Positions 24,694 to 58,687 of a stretch of 64,000 nucleotides of DNA are shown one piece after another. The position numbers and the translations under genes were made by a program. Source of the stretch: Tubiluchus corallicola (taxonomy: Eukaryota > Animalia > Priapulida); the NCBI GenBank assembly GCA_030141605.1, contig JAQGDQ010000509.1, positions 1 through 64,000 on the forward strand. The letters run 5' to 3'. Within the stretch, counting starts at the first letter, position 1; each line of letters opens with the position of its first letter. The notes under the pieces are model-generated. The model saw nothing but the letters and a program-made list of their open reading frames with translations, did not search any database and had not been told where the DNA came from.

Positions 24694-25772
24694 TGTGACG
24701 CCGGGTTTTACTTGTTGGTTCTCTGTTCTTTATTTAAACCAGATTTACTTCAACAATTCCCAAACTAGTACTCCTAGCCGAGCGGTGAGGTAGTAGCACA
24801 CAGATGTTAATAGTTTAGAAACTGAATCAGTTTCTCATAGGTACCTCTACGGGGCGTACCTTGAGATAAAAGATGTGGGTTCGAATCACGAGTGGGATCT
24901 TAAGTGTCGGCCTTGAGTTGCTGTTATTGTGTTTAGCTAACAAAGTGTGAACTATTCATAATATTTTTACTATTCAAATACTTTTTAAACGTTCACAAAG
25001 AAACGCATTCCAAGATACATATTTTGTGTATAAAGAACAATCAAAATTTAATTAACAAATTTGTGATGATATGATCAAAAAGATAATTTTCAAAAGCAAT
25101 CAGATAAATACGAGGCAAAACCCAACTAAAGATAAACAAATTAGATTCTAATACACTAGGTACTCACTAATTACCCTTTCCCTGGGAGGTGCACCGAATA
25201 ACCTGTCCACGCTGAGACGGTTCACTGTCCATTAACGTCTTGGCATGCCACATAATCACTGGTGACGTCACTGGAAACGAAGTCTGCACTGTCCAGTAGA
25301 TGAGGTGACATCGTGAATGGTTTAACTTTCAAAGAGGCTGGCGTCAGGTAAATTTATGCGGCGATATTCAGTCCAACCTTCCACATGAACAGTAGTAACC
25401 CCATAACGGCTTAAGCAAACTGTCCCAAGTGTCCGTTTGGCTGTAAATTTCGATAGTGCACAAAATGTATCACAACATATCTGGACTGCTCGAAAACGTT
25501 ACTGTCCTTTAACTGTAATCACAGTTATAAAATGCTAAATGCCAAACTACAACAAATTACATAGTCCGCAGGTAACACGTACAGAGCTAACGTCTTTACT
25601 TCATAGCTATAACGTGCCTACTGAAACCGTCGAAATAAACTAGGACGACAACCTGGTTTCCAACTTATGCATTTGTTGAAGGACAGGTGTGTGGCTTTCC
25701 CATCCCGCAGTACTTACAGTACCTATTGGTAATACTAGCTAGACATTCATGTATAGTAAACTGTTCATAACA
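24694..25772 (-). repeat. 5' LTR (1079 bp)
   Basis: Direct repeat of 19574-20662; adjacent to the PBS. Confidence 0.95.
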
Positions 25773-26921
25773 GCGTATATGTTATATGTTATATGTTATA
25801 CGCATATACGAATATGTAATTTGTTTTATACGCTCTCTCTAAACGTATATTTACTTGTATACTACGCTGCTGGTAACTTATAAATTTCACTCTTTTGATT
25901 TTGTAATGATTTTTTATGCCTTGGTATTGCAGTGTCATAAACGTGCTGATAACTTCGTTTGCCTATAGTTTTTGGCATTGATAATGGCACTTTTTGCCAA
26001 AACGATTATCTAGAGATGTACTGTATGTAACTGATAAACAGCATATAAATGGTGTATTCTTACCAAACAGATGGCGCTCTTTCTTGCTACTACAGTATAA
26101 TGAAATTAAAAAATTTCATGTTAACCAGTAGCGTTTGTACATAAGTAATTTTCGGTGACAGGCTGTGCGTAAACGAGCCCCATCCCCCATTATAAAATTA
26201 AACACAGTATTAAGAACAGCTAAGGCATATTTGGGCACGGCCCGTTTTGACGTGAAAATGGGGCGCGAGACATTTGTGGGCTAGCGCTGATCGACGCACA
26301 AGTTAATTACGTCCCCCGTACGTGTTTCTGCTTTGGCCTACAAGTCACGCTGCCTATGAGCAGTAAAATTATTGTGGGATCCTCGTCCAGTGCCTAATTA
26401 CCATGTTAAACTTAAAACGTCTTTTGGTGGAAAAGAAACAATTATTTTCGTGTAAGCATAAGCATATGTATCATTATTGTAGTTAGTTGACTTTCTAATG
26501 GCTCTAGCTAGTCGCGTTCGAGTTGGCAGTTGGTAAGCAGCTGATGAACTTAACGCGTTCTAGATTAGTTTCTTTTAAAGCAGGCTAAACCCTCAATCGT
26601 TCAATAAATATAATATTGTGGTATAATACTAGTTAGTAGTTAAATTACTGCACAGTGTACTAGTTATACCGACGCTAAATTTTGGCGTGAAGCGATTTTT
26701 TGTGACGCACATTTCTGTTATACTGCTTCTGTGATGTACTGGATATTTCTGAAATAAAAATTCTGTCATATTTTAATAAAATGCCAATGTAAACTTATGG
26801 TTGTTAAAAGCGACACATAAAATACAGGTGAATAAACAGAAAATGCATGTCAAGCGCAAGTGGTTGATTTTACTTGTGATAATCATCAAAATATACATAT
26901 TATGTGCTGCATATGCTTATA

Positions 26922-27347
26922 CAGTAGGCGCCGCTTAAAATACTCACGGTTAATAGACTCAACCGCTTAATTGACTCAAAAACGCCCGGAACGGGCCGCT
27001 TCTATTCAAATACACATAAAAACTATCGGTAATTGACTCAAATAACTCCGCATAATTGACTCAATATTTTTCTTCACCTACTTAAAATAAGAGATTTGTA
27101 TGTATCCAAAGATCCTTTCCTAGTTTTATGTAATGTTTACTTCCCTTTTGTGCACTATGTATACAGAAACAATCGTGTAAAGAACCGTTTTGTTTGTAAG
27201 CAGGTACGTCTATCATGCCGTAATGCGCTAGCGTAGAGGTTTTGCTTTGAATCTGTTACCCGCTCGCCCACTGTTACAAAAAGATTTCTGGAAGCTAAAC
27301 ATTTAGTCACTTGCCTAACGGTTTCCTTTTGATGCTCTCGTTGACGG
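26922..27347 (+). mobile_element. 'CAGTAGGCGC' MITE family copy B (partial)
   Basis: ta|cagtaggcgccgcttaaaatactcacggttaatagactcaa...; similar to copies A and C. Confidence 0.8.
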
Positions 27348-27732
27348 CTATGCTTTCCGACAGGTTAAAGAAAATAAAACAAAGGAATTTAATAAAAAAA
27401 GTCTAAAGTAATGCACGAAATATGAGAAATTTAGAGCATATTTTACAGCCACAGGGCTGTACTTTAGGGTACATATTAAACCAACACGGCAAAGAATAGC
27501 ATCTACCAGGGCAATATCGTTTAATTTCATTTTTATATGAACTACTTGGCTTCACATTTGTCACAATATACTTATGTTGTGCGGAATATTCAATCTTGAT
27601 TAATGGCATAATAGGGACAACCGGTAACATTGCAAATTTTCGTAACCTGATATTCGTCTAACAGAGTGGGCGCAGAGAAAAACACAAAGGCCACTTATTT
27701 ACACCGTATTTACTTTTATGACACACAAAGTA

Positions 27733-27748
27733 TTGGTCATGTGACCAA
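27733..27748. promoter_or_regulatory. Near-palindromic E-box/M-box (TTGGTCATGTGACCAA) just upstream of the SNX start codon
   Basis: TCATGTGA core with 7-bp inverted arms, 7 nt before ATG 27756. Confidence 0.4.
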
Positions 27749-27755
27749 AATAACG

Positions 27756-47745
<19,990 letters not shown>

Positions 47746-48416
47746 CAATTTAGTGTATTATTCCATGTATAAGTTTATGGATTACTGGTAAACAAAGGTT
47801 TGTATGTCTAAAGACCACTTAGCAAGTCAGTTTGGTATGTTTTAATGCTAAATTTTCACATTCTCATCTATGATGTAAAAGAATTTTATGTGGTGAATGA
47901 ATTTGCTTCTCACTACCAGACATTGTTTTTGTTTTAACCACATGCTGTCAAGTTTCCCTAAATATATTCTGAAAGGTAACCAAATTACTAGCACACTGCT
48001 TGAAATTAAAGTAGATCTTGTTTCCTCCAATGTAATGTGAAACCATGTAATTTTGGTCAGAAGAAATTGTGGTCAATCCTTTTTTCAACATAAACTAATA
48101 TTTGAATGTACAAAATATATTTACTGTAAAATGGTTTCCGAGGCTTACGAAATAAAATTGTAATTGAGGCTTTAATCAAAATCAAATATTGTTTAATAAT
48201 GCGTTAGATTAGCATTTTAATAAGATGAAAAACGGTATTAGTTAACACTTACCCAGTGCATTATATATAATTGTATTTTGTCATTGAAGTTATTGTGTGT
48301 GATATTTTTATATAAAAAGAAATGGGCAACATTTACTGCATATGTGTAGCTTTGACAGATTTTATTAATTTTTACTCAAGTTACAGAACTCTAAATTTGA
48401 TTCATATTTTTGTGGT

Positions 48417-48492
48417 AAGAAATAAACAATGTTCAGTGCATGTCCAAGATCTTGCTTAGTCTTGGACATGCACTAAACATTGTTTATTTCTT
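48417..48492. repeat. Near-perfect 33-bp inverted repeat (hairpin) downstream of the SNX stop
   Basis: aagaaataaacaatgttcagtgcatgtccaaga-tcttgcttag-tcttggacatgcactaaacattgtttatttctt, one mismatch. Confidence 0.9.
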
Positions 48493-51224
48493 CATTTCAA
48501 TTTTTTGTTTTTCACTAAACTATAGTTTAATGTTTCAGTACAAGAAATGTAAAATAAAAAACTCATTGGACATGATTCACATTGTGATTTTATTAGGTAA
48601 AAATGCTTTACCTCAATTATGAAAAAGTGAGCTGTGTTCTGACATTTTAATATATAGTTAGCCATGTTATAATGCCCCGTTTACAAATGCCAAACCTCGC
48701 TTTGGCAAAACAAAGTGTCTATATCTGCTTAGACTTGTGTGTATTAATGCAACTCGTCATAATGCCAAACTCTCCTAACATCTACTTTTTTGCTGTCCCA
48801 AAGTAGGTGGTATAAAGAGGTTTGACTGTACTAGTAACATGGTACCATAGTAATATTTACAATATATTTGTGTTTGTGTAACACACTGAATCTTAGAAAT
48901 ATGAGTAAAATGAAAGCATTAGAATAATTGCCTTAAATCACATCTTCAAATAGACATGATGTATTGTTAATGAATGATTGCTTTATCTGAATTAAATAAC
49001 TTGGTTATTGTTATGTGTTCCATTATGTGTTTCAGACATTTATAACCTTCAAGTTGTTTAAATGGTTTCTATAAACATGTTTTGCATATTTTTACATTAA
49101 TTGTTGAACTGTAATGTTAATTGATTTGTTACTAGTTAATTTGTGATAAGTCTGTGATGAGTTATAGTATTTTTTCACCGTCCGTTTTTAGTATGCAGTG
49201 TCATTACTTCTTGCAGTGATGCAGGAATTAGCTTGCTAAATGTTGTGTTGTCCTGGGAATTAATTACTGGTGTTGGTACTAGTTTCATACAGGTGCACTG
49301 TTGCAGAATTTGACCCTTGTCCTCATAAATTGCTGGTTTGGTTATTAAAAACATAAAAAGTTGTCATACTAGAATGTTGTCTAAACAGCCAGGATTTTTA
49401 GATAAAAAAGGATGAATGTCTGGATACAGTATTCATGCCAATTGAAGTTCCCAAAGATCTACTTATCAGTTTAGAAGACTTCGTGTCATTTAATACACGT
49501 ACATTGATAATCCACTTGCGTTAACTACTTTTTATGAGTACGAGTGTATAATATCTGTTTGCTTGTATACATTAGCAATAAACTTTAACATTAGTAATAT
49601 TGAGTGATGCAGTGTATTTTTTTCTGATTCTCATTCTGTAACCCTGTAACAATGTTGCCTTTTGTTTTTGTGGATCTAATTAAATCTCTATTTTGTATTA
49701 TTTCTTTGTAAATAAATATGGAAATATCAGAAAGAGTAATCTGATCACCTTAATAACATGAACTTTTATAATGAAAAGGGAAGTTGTATATAGTGCTGGG
49801 CTTGTCACATGAACTGTACAGTGTTCACATTTATTTTTTATTGAGCATCAATTAATTCAAAGTTGCCATTACTCCCACCTTGTGTGCTAGATTTGCTGAA
49901 CTTATAGATATACATCTTGAATTCTGGTACTTTAATTTAAGTGTAACATTATTGTAGTGACAATAGTATGAAATTATTATTATAGCAAAAATTTTATTGT
50001 TTGTAATTTTTAATAATTATAGCCAATGAAAATGTATTGTTCCTATTCGTTTAACTCAAATTTGAACCAAATAAACTTTACTAATATAACTTCTGGTGAG
50101 TTTATGCTGGTAAGACTGACAATAGCGAGCTTTTAGCAACACAGAAATTCACAAATCCACTGCCGGAGTGAAGTAGAGCTGAGTTAACTAATAGGTGAAT
50201 GAGCGACTACCAGGGAATCTATTTGCTCTAATCTGTTTCTTATATGTGTCATGCGGCCCGGGCTATTTACCTCGTTGAGGGAGGATCCGAAGGCGTATTC
50301 ACCTCCATAAAAGTTACTAATACTGTTTCCTGGATCTGTCACTAACTAATTATTATGCACATTCATTAAGCTCAGTCATTGAGTTATGAATTTCGGTTTT
50401 CAGAGTGCGCACTGTTTAAGAAAATATTTTGGAAATCCAAATAATTGCTAAAATTCTGAAGTAACTTAATAGCTTAGTAGTCTAAGTAATAACACTGCAA
50501 TAACATGATCACGCAAAAAATCCCAATATATAAACGCTGGCGTTACGTATGTAGGTGTATATATGACAGGGTTCGCAATGCACCAAACCTCTGAGAATAG
50601 TAATGGTATCAGCTGTACAATTTGGCTATGGGTTTCTGAATTTCTGAGAGATAGGAAACCATGGACGACTACGCAGAGTTTATGTACACTATACGCTGTA
50701 TGTACTTGAGCATTGTACACTGTACGCATTTGAGCAAATAAAATTCAATTGAACTGTATTGTTTTCTATATCTCAGAAATTGCACTTTAAATATCACAAA
50801 ATAATAGTTACGTAATTATATATCCAATGACCACTGACCGGGCGCCAAAAAATGTGGCCAAGTTTTAGTCATAATGCAGTATTATAAAAGAAATAGCGGA
50901 ATCGCTTGAAAATTACCAAACTGTTACAGATGTTGGTGTATAAACGCTAGAAACTTTAGGCCATTCATTCAGATAAAAAGTTGCCGCAAAAAGATTTTGT
51001 GCCAGTCTTGCTAAAATTAGCTGCAAGAGCTCTACGTGTTTGCCAGTTTCATTGCAAACTAGAAGAAGACATTTTTTCCTACAGCCGGTACATTTTCCCC
51101 TTAATTCAATTAAGGTTTGAATTTGATTCCAGCCCTCATCTAGGTTTTGTCTTCAACTCGGGCACAGGTCAGATTACCATCAAACTTCTGATAAACTATT
51201 AAAAATAGAGCTGTTCTCCAGTTT

Positions 51225-52640
51225 TTATATGGACTTATTTGCAGATGATACCAAAATAATGGTAAGTCAACAGTTCAGATTGATATTCAATGTAATGTCA
51301 ATGCAGCGAGCCGCTTGGTAAGTGAATTAATGTTGTCCAGATACGTAAATGCAGACTGAATGTATAAATTCACGATTTTATACAGATGTTTAGCTCATAC
51401 ACAACATTCCCGGAGCGGATTGGTGCAAAACTTCAGTCATTTTAAGGCTAATTAGCAAACCAGAACGTGTGGATGTAACTGAAAAGATCTGCCTCCAAGT
51501 GTGCAAACAGAGCCCTATCATCTGTGTACTTTATCTCGCGAAGCAGCACAACGACAGACTTTGTTTTAGCCTTCAACCCAGCCAGATTGAACCACTCCTC
51601 CTTCAAAAGACTTGAAGGGGCCTTGGATTCAACAGGTTACCATCAGTGGAAAAACAGATGTAGTGGTCTTAGCCATTTGAACAACCCTCAAGCTTCAACA
51701 AAAATTGCCGTCAGAAAAGCACAGAATCATAATTATACAAGTCCGTGAACTATCCTTCAAAATTTGTTCATCGGAACTTACCCATTCGAGGGTCAAGCAT
51801 GTTTCCAATGCTATTTTGAAAGGGCACATATCTCAGGTTGTCAAAAATGCATGCTGTGGCGCAGTTGTATAGGCACAGTATAGGCCCATTTGTGGGGCCA
51901 CCCTAAAAAGCTACATTTGTGCAAATTTGTACAAGGCAAGGATGAGGCAGCACGTACAATGCAACATCCTCAAGTTTTAAGCATTTACTTTATCTAGTCT
52001 CATGCCGTAACCACGTCCCAAAAGCTTTGCTACCGTAAATATATTTAGGTGCAAATAAAACATTAATCGGTTCCACTACATTCCAACATTACACTACACA
52101 TTGCTACGTTTAGATAGTTACGTTATTATTATAATACTACATTGCATCATTTTTTGTTTAATTATGGCTCTTTGGTTAAAGAATGCATACTCATCTTACT
52201 AAAACACCATTCCAGCCTAGTTTTTTTTAAAGAAGCCACCACTTATACATTTTTACAGTTTTTTACAGGTATCTTTGCAAACTAGGTTGACAGATTGATG
52301 ATGATTCGCTAGATCATTTTGCTCTAAATAATTAAAGTAAAGGTTCTGTATAAGTCTGTTGCAGATGCATTTTTGACTATGTAGGTGTAGGTGAGACCCT
52401 TCAAGAAACGATTCCATCCTTTATTTGAAAATATTGAACAGAGGATTCTACGGCTGAGTAGTCATCACGAACAAACGTACTCATCAAGGCTTCAAGAAGT
52501 TGGTATAACCACACTTATAAGTACAGGTACTCCAGACCAGACATGACGCAAGCATAATACATGTAAAATTATTATTATCATAGGATTCCGCGTACATGGT
52601 ATTGACGAAAGACACGATTAATGAAGTTTGACAAATGATT
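51225..52640 (+). mobile_element. Highly decayed, interrupted CR1-like LINE fragments
   Basis: LFADDTKI at ~51235-51258; RT C-terminal-like ENIEQRILRL and YSSRLQEVGITTL at ~52430-52515. Confidence 0.5.
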
Positions 52641-53589
52641 AATCATTGTGTTTAATAGGGCACACAGTGCTCTGTAGGCGGAAGGGGCACTTATTCATCC
52701 ATCCTATCTACTGCAAGAGTTGTAAATCCCTGGAGTGATTAAGCTCTTAGCATGTTATTGTTGAGGCAGCAAGCGAAGCAGCATCTTTGCATGCATTGGC
52801 AGCAAAACTTGGTCAAATTCACAAATCTCATATTGGCTCAGTGGGAACAACATGCCCAAATGCCGTGTTTATCTCTATATATTGGACGATTCAACATGCA
52901 AATCACCAGTTGGAGCAAACTCAAAAGTTTATTTATTTAAGATAACACGATCGTTTATTTGTGTTATTATTTAAGGAAATTATATAAGATAACACAATCG
53001 TGTACTAATTACCATTATTCGTTCGCACTCAGGTACAATAACGGAATTATGTACAATTAAGAACTAAATAACAATAAAGGTTAAATAAATAAGGTTAGTT
53101 AAAAATACAGATATAATACATAGTGCATCAAAATGTGTGTACAACATGACAATACTTAAAAAACAAGTGTCATAGTAATATAGACGATAGACCCAAAACA
53201 TAATAAAACTTGTTACCCATGAGTATAATATGGATTTTGGACTATGGTTATAAGTGTTAAATTAATTATTTTAGCTAAGCCTTTGTCAGTAAAGTTTATT
53301 ATTTGTTAACAAAAAATATTATGTATTACTTTATAGGACCGGTTTCCATTTTTATTGAAATTAGTAATTACTTTTAGATGCTTGTCCTCTTTTTTGGAGA
53401 ATTTTGCAAAAGCATTCGTAAAAAACTTGGAAATCATTTGAAGCAGTGCTGCATAGTAGACAACAAAGATTTCTTCTTTTGCTCGCAGCCTATCACCCGA
53501 CTCGTGGAGGAATTGAGTGCAGTTTCGTACAGAGAACAATTTTACAATAAAGAGAAACTAAATATTGAAGCATTTTAAACAAAATCAAC

Positions 53590-56500
53590 ATGAGTTCTGG
53601 CGGAAGTGGACTTTTGACTATACAGGGGGAGAGAACTTCAGGTCAAACTGTTAGAACGCAAAATGGTAAATGTGCCGAATTTATGTCAGTGTAGTGTAGA
53701 TTTTGTCATATATCAAGCTTTATAAACTTATAATATTACAACAATCTTTAATAATGCAATTACTAATGTTTTACTCAGAAAAAAACAAATATAAACAGGT
53801 GATACGTCCTCCTGTTGGTGCATGAAGTGTGCGTGTGGCGTTCGACACGAATCTATGTGGCGTAGTGTAATGCAAAACGGCTTTGTACCTCGATTCGAGT
53901 CATTCTAGTGTCACACGTGTTTATTTATTCTGCATTCTTTAGCATTTTGTCAGATTCACCGCCATTCAATGGAGTGAAGAGTAAAACTAGTATATTGCAG
54001 ACTGATTCAGACCAAAGTAGGTTGTGTATAGATTGCAAACTTTTCAGGTGCCATACTCGTCAACTTACGTTTACTCAGCTTTACGACCGACTATAACTAG
54101 ATTAATTAATCCTACAATACTTATTTTAGTTTGTTTCCCTCTATTTTTAAGCGAAATAATTATCCGTATGCACCGTTGCTTTCGATGAATTCATCCTTAA
54201 GTGCCACCTTACTTAGTGCTCGTACACCCACAACATCTTATGTGTAAGGCGTGGTTTTTTAACCTTGGTGTCAGGACCCATTTGGGGTTGCAAAGTAAAT
54301 TTTGTGGGCTCGCAAGCATTTTCTTGTTATGTAAAAAAATTGTACATTTTCAGTAACTGTCTACGCTCAAAGGATAATCTGCGAACAGTCATCTTTCTCT
54401 TTCATTGTATGCCTGCCCTCAAAGAGTAAGCTGCGAACAGTCGCTGATATTGTTGAATGCCTTAGTAACCTTAACTGTTCCCTTCAATTTCGAGAAGCCG
54501 ACCTCATAATTTTTCATGGTAAACTTCTTGGAAATTTGTAATTACTAAAAGAGACAGTGGCTGCTAAATGTTTTACCCTATTGCCTCACCTGAATGAGCA
54601 TTTAGAAGTCTCCAAATGCAAAGATAGCGAAATCGACAGTCTTGGGAAATAACGGTCATATTCGGTCACTCATTGAAGAGTTTGAATACTACTTTCTTGA
54701 GATGGATGTACAGTCTTTTGCAGTAGTACGTGACATTTTCAAAACTCGATTTCTGATCTGGAGGAGCTTGTCCAGCTGCAGCAAGATACAGGAGCATAGA
54801 TTTCTGCACAATCACTTTCACTGCCATCATTCTGGCTGAAATTTGTTCCCTTCATACCCAACCTTTGCAAGACATTCCATCAAAGTTTTACTGCCTTATC
54901 CTTCATCCTATTTTTGGGAACACTCATTCTCTACTATGATGGTTGTCAAAAACAAGTACATAAATCGATGACTACAACGAGAAAAGCTGAAAGCTGCTTG
55001 AAGATACAGGTCCAACTTGTTTTACAGCCAATCAGCTGGAATTATGTGTAGTTGTAAGTCGACGACTACTTATTTTTTATACGTATTTCTGCAACTAAGA
55101 CGTTGAGGCACAAGTATTTCAAAAAAAGTACATTAAAGTTTGCCTATTCTAATTAATTACCTGCAATACATTCTGCATGTAAATAGCAGAGAGATGGCAA
55201 GCTGTTACAGTTTGGAAATAGTGAGTAAATGTGGTTGGCTCTTATCTTCACAGCAAACCTAGTAAGTCGATTTTTGGGCAAATGGTGTTATTGGTATCAG
55301 AACATTCTTAATACCATGCTGCATCTTACCACTAAACCAATTGATAATCTGAAGTTTACTAAATGAGTTAGAATCGATTATTAACGAATAAAAAACCTTC
55401 AAGTCCACGAGAGCAGGCTATTCAACACTTTACTGGCGTAATATATGTGAACCTCAAAATAGTAACTAATTGATACTTTTACTTTTCATTTTAATTTGGC
55501 AATAGAAAAAAATAATTCATTTTGTTTTTGGTATACCAATTTGCCAGGGTCGAATTTGTGGCCTGTAACCCGTAACTTGTAAGGCCAATCCAGAAAGCAT
55601 AAGCCGTAGTGTTAACCTCTGACCGGTATTCTACTAATTTCCCAATTTTGCTTCCCTGTTGAGCATACAGAAAGTTTCTTGTAATAAACTACGTGCTGTG
55701 TGTACTTGTGATTAAACACTAAGGCAGCATATAAGGCACTTACAAGAAACGGGGGGTGCTTGTTTAATAATAATTAAGGCGTAAGCTGTAAGGAAAAAAA
55801 GCCCCCTCATGAACACATGCTAATCAGTGGTCTCTGTCACATAATCCATTTGTCATCTTCTGCCAACCTCGGTTTGCCTACAATAAGCCATCAGCGATAA
55901 TCCGGGGTAGGCTCCTCACAAGCCGTTTTGAGCAGTTCATAAAGGTGCCTTTTGAATTTGGCCATTAATTTATTTTGCCATGAGGCATTTTTAGTACTCA
56001 GTAACAGGATAATTAGCATATTTGTGGTTTTTACAGCATTCAATTCATTTGTATCATAAGAATTCATAACAATGATGTACTATAAGCATAAAAAACCATT
56101 TTAGGCCACAACACGTATTTAATATTGGCGTATTATTATAATGCACATAAGAAATGTGTACTACATGCAGGACACAGCATACCAGTCATTCACATTATAC
56201 AATGTATGCGATTGACAAATTGTTATTCCTGTAAAATGATTTGACAGACATTCTAGTGTAGTTGAAAAACTATCTGTTATCACTCTTAATTGTTTGAAAA
56301 TAATGTCGCGAATTCTCCTTCACTTCACCTACTGCTATAAATGGGTTTAACCTATATTTTTTGTTGCACTATTTAGCACGCTGTATTATGAATCATAAGG
56401 CAACAGGATCCAGTGCCAATGCATTTTCGACACTTTGAGTAATCCAGAAAACTGATTTGTACCTCCCGCCAAAAAACAGATTAGGGCAAAATTCCTTGCT

Positions 56501-58651
56501 AGTTACACAGAACAGGGCGCACACCGCAGATTACGATATGTGCCTTACTGAAGATGGAAGACGCCTTATGGCTTACGTACTATGCTTTATGGCTTGCTTC
56601 TTACGGTTTTCTCTGTGTGACATGGGCTTTAATAAGCTTATGTGTCAACTTTTTGAACTTGCAAGTTCTCACATGAACATATTTGGTTGAAGAGTAATAA
56701 AAATTTAAGGTCTTTCCATTGTGTATATAAATTAGCTCATTTGCTACACTCTAAACTGACGGGAGGATTGTTGGACAAGTCAGGCATAAAACGGTTAAAC
56801 CTTTGAGTGCCAAACACAATAAAGAACGTCTGGACTAGCTTTGATCATTTTGATAAACATAGTCTCTTGGTGCTTTGTAATATGCGTGAAGTGCAAATTC
56901 AAAATGTAATTGTGGACTTGTTAGACTACAGTCAATACAATTATTTAAAATATTTTTGAAAGGGTTTTTTATGTAATAGAACACCACACAATTAACATCA
57001 ATCAGAACGTCAACTATGCTCACTAAAGCTCTCCTGACAGAAAGTTTTTTTCACACACCTGTAGAAAATATGTGTCAGCATTTTTTTGGGAGATGAGCTG
57101 CAGTTATGTTTTGCAGGTCATGTTATACTGCTACGAAAAATGCTCAGCTTTTCATTAGTTCTTGGGAGAGGCATTGGCGTGGTTTTGGATTATGTTATTG
57201 TCGATTAAAAAGTATTGCAATGAATTAGTGAAATTATATAGTCTAATTTCATTCTTTTATTGGTCTGTGAGTTGCTAATTAGTTTTGCTGGGAAAAATAT
57301 GCAGTAAAAATTACAGCCTGAACGCCTCTATGTAGATTTGCGCAGGTTGTAGAAACCAGAATAAACTAGTCAACAATAGTGTAAATGAAACGCCTAGCAA
57401 TAGTTTTGAGCTCATTCACAGGAATTCGTGACAAGTGTTGTGGCTAGGGGGTACACGAGCACACATAGAAAACACATATTTCCACATTTTTTTCCACAAA
57501 GGAATGGTCAGTTAAAGATGTGCACTTTGCTAGGATTGATGCGACAATTACCGTGGCAGTCACATTATTTCATTTATTCACTACTCTCACAGTAAATGGA
57601 TAATTATGAATGTCGAGACGTGACCACTCTTTAAAAAGTTTTAAACTATGCCCTCTAGTTTTTGAACCACAACTAAATTAATGAAATTTTCAGGCAAAAT
57701 ACTGGTCAGTATTTTATAAACCATACATTATAAAGATCTCTGCAACATCTTCTTAATTCACCTGTGGTCAAAATTTATATTACGTATCAGTATTATATCC
57801 CAAAATAGTTAAAAAATGCCAGGGGGTTTACATAACTTAGGCAGTCACTGTAAGGATTGTCTATGGAATGGACCAATCAAATTTGTTCCATTTCCGCGGT
57901 CTTACAAACAGTTGAAAAAATGCAAAAGGGGGTAAAAGCCTGTGGACGATCACATGGTCAACTAAATGTGAAATAGTATGTGACAGTCATGATATATATT
58001 CATATGTTCAGAGGCAAAATAGACTTTAGTAAATATATTTTTTTGCAAATGAGGGTTTGTTGCCCATTTAAAGCTATTAGTCTTAAAGCTAGGCTTATTG
58101 GCTTAGTTCAGTTATAACGATCAAATTTGGCTCTCACATCTGTGCATTTTGCAGTTCTTTGAAATTTTGTCGTTACATTTTGCTTAAATCATGATGCTGT
58201 TTTTTGGCCTTGAAGTTTTAATTTTGTGTAAAAGTAATTGCTGTTTTGCAACTTTTTGTGTTTGAAAAAGTTTATACTGCTAATCAGAATAGATGTCATG
58301 TTCTTTACCAAAGAGAGTTTTTGTCCCAGTTTCCTAACGTAATTGGCCAATATGCTTGATGTTATTTGCAACAACAGTTGAATTTCCTCTTTTTAAAGTA
58401 ATGTACAACTGCTATGCAGTACTTTGTTTTCTGGATCCTCTCTCAATAATAATAAGCCCAATCCATACGCCTAATCCGTAACCCATACACTGGTATTGTA
58501 ACCCATACATTAAAACCAACCCATTATGGTGCACATACTACTAGCCAATCTCTATATATTAATTTCAGTGGTATAGGGCATTTGCTGTAATCTGATTTAT
58601 ATTAAGATTACGTGCTGTAATCTGTATTTATATGTATTAACCTGATATATG

Positions 58652-58687
<36 letters not shown>

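Larger units (their letters stand above)
19574..25772 (-). mobile_element. Gypsy-superfamily LTR retrotransposon, Gmr1-like (Gag-PR-INT-[RT/RH deleted]), defective
   Basis: Two ~1.08-kb TG..CA LTRs, PBS, PPT, degenerate gag-pol; flanks gccta/gcgta (5-bp TSD with 1 mismatch). Confidence 0.95.

Noticed and set aside
53306-53578. ORFs upstream of TCP1 as a divergent gene, and a heat-shock element
   Set aside because: No recognisable protein or splice chain, and no three consecutive nGAAn units
55546-56690. Inverted clusters of taagc/gctta subterminal-like motifs suggesting a non-autonomous DNA transposon
   Set aside because: Could not define TIRs or a TSD
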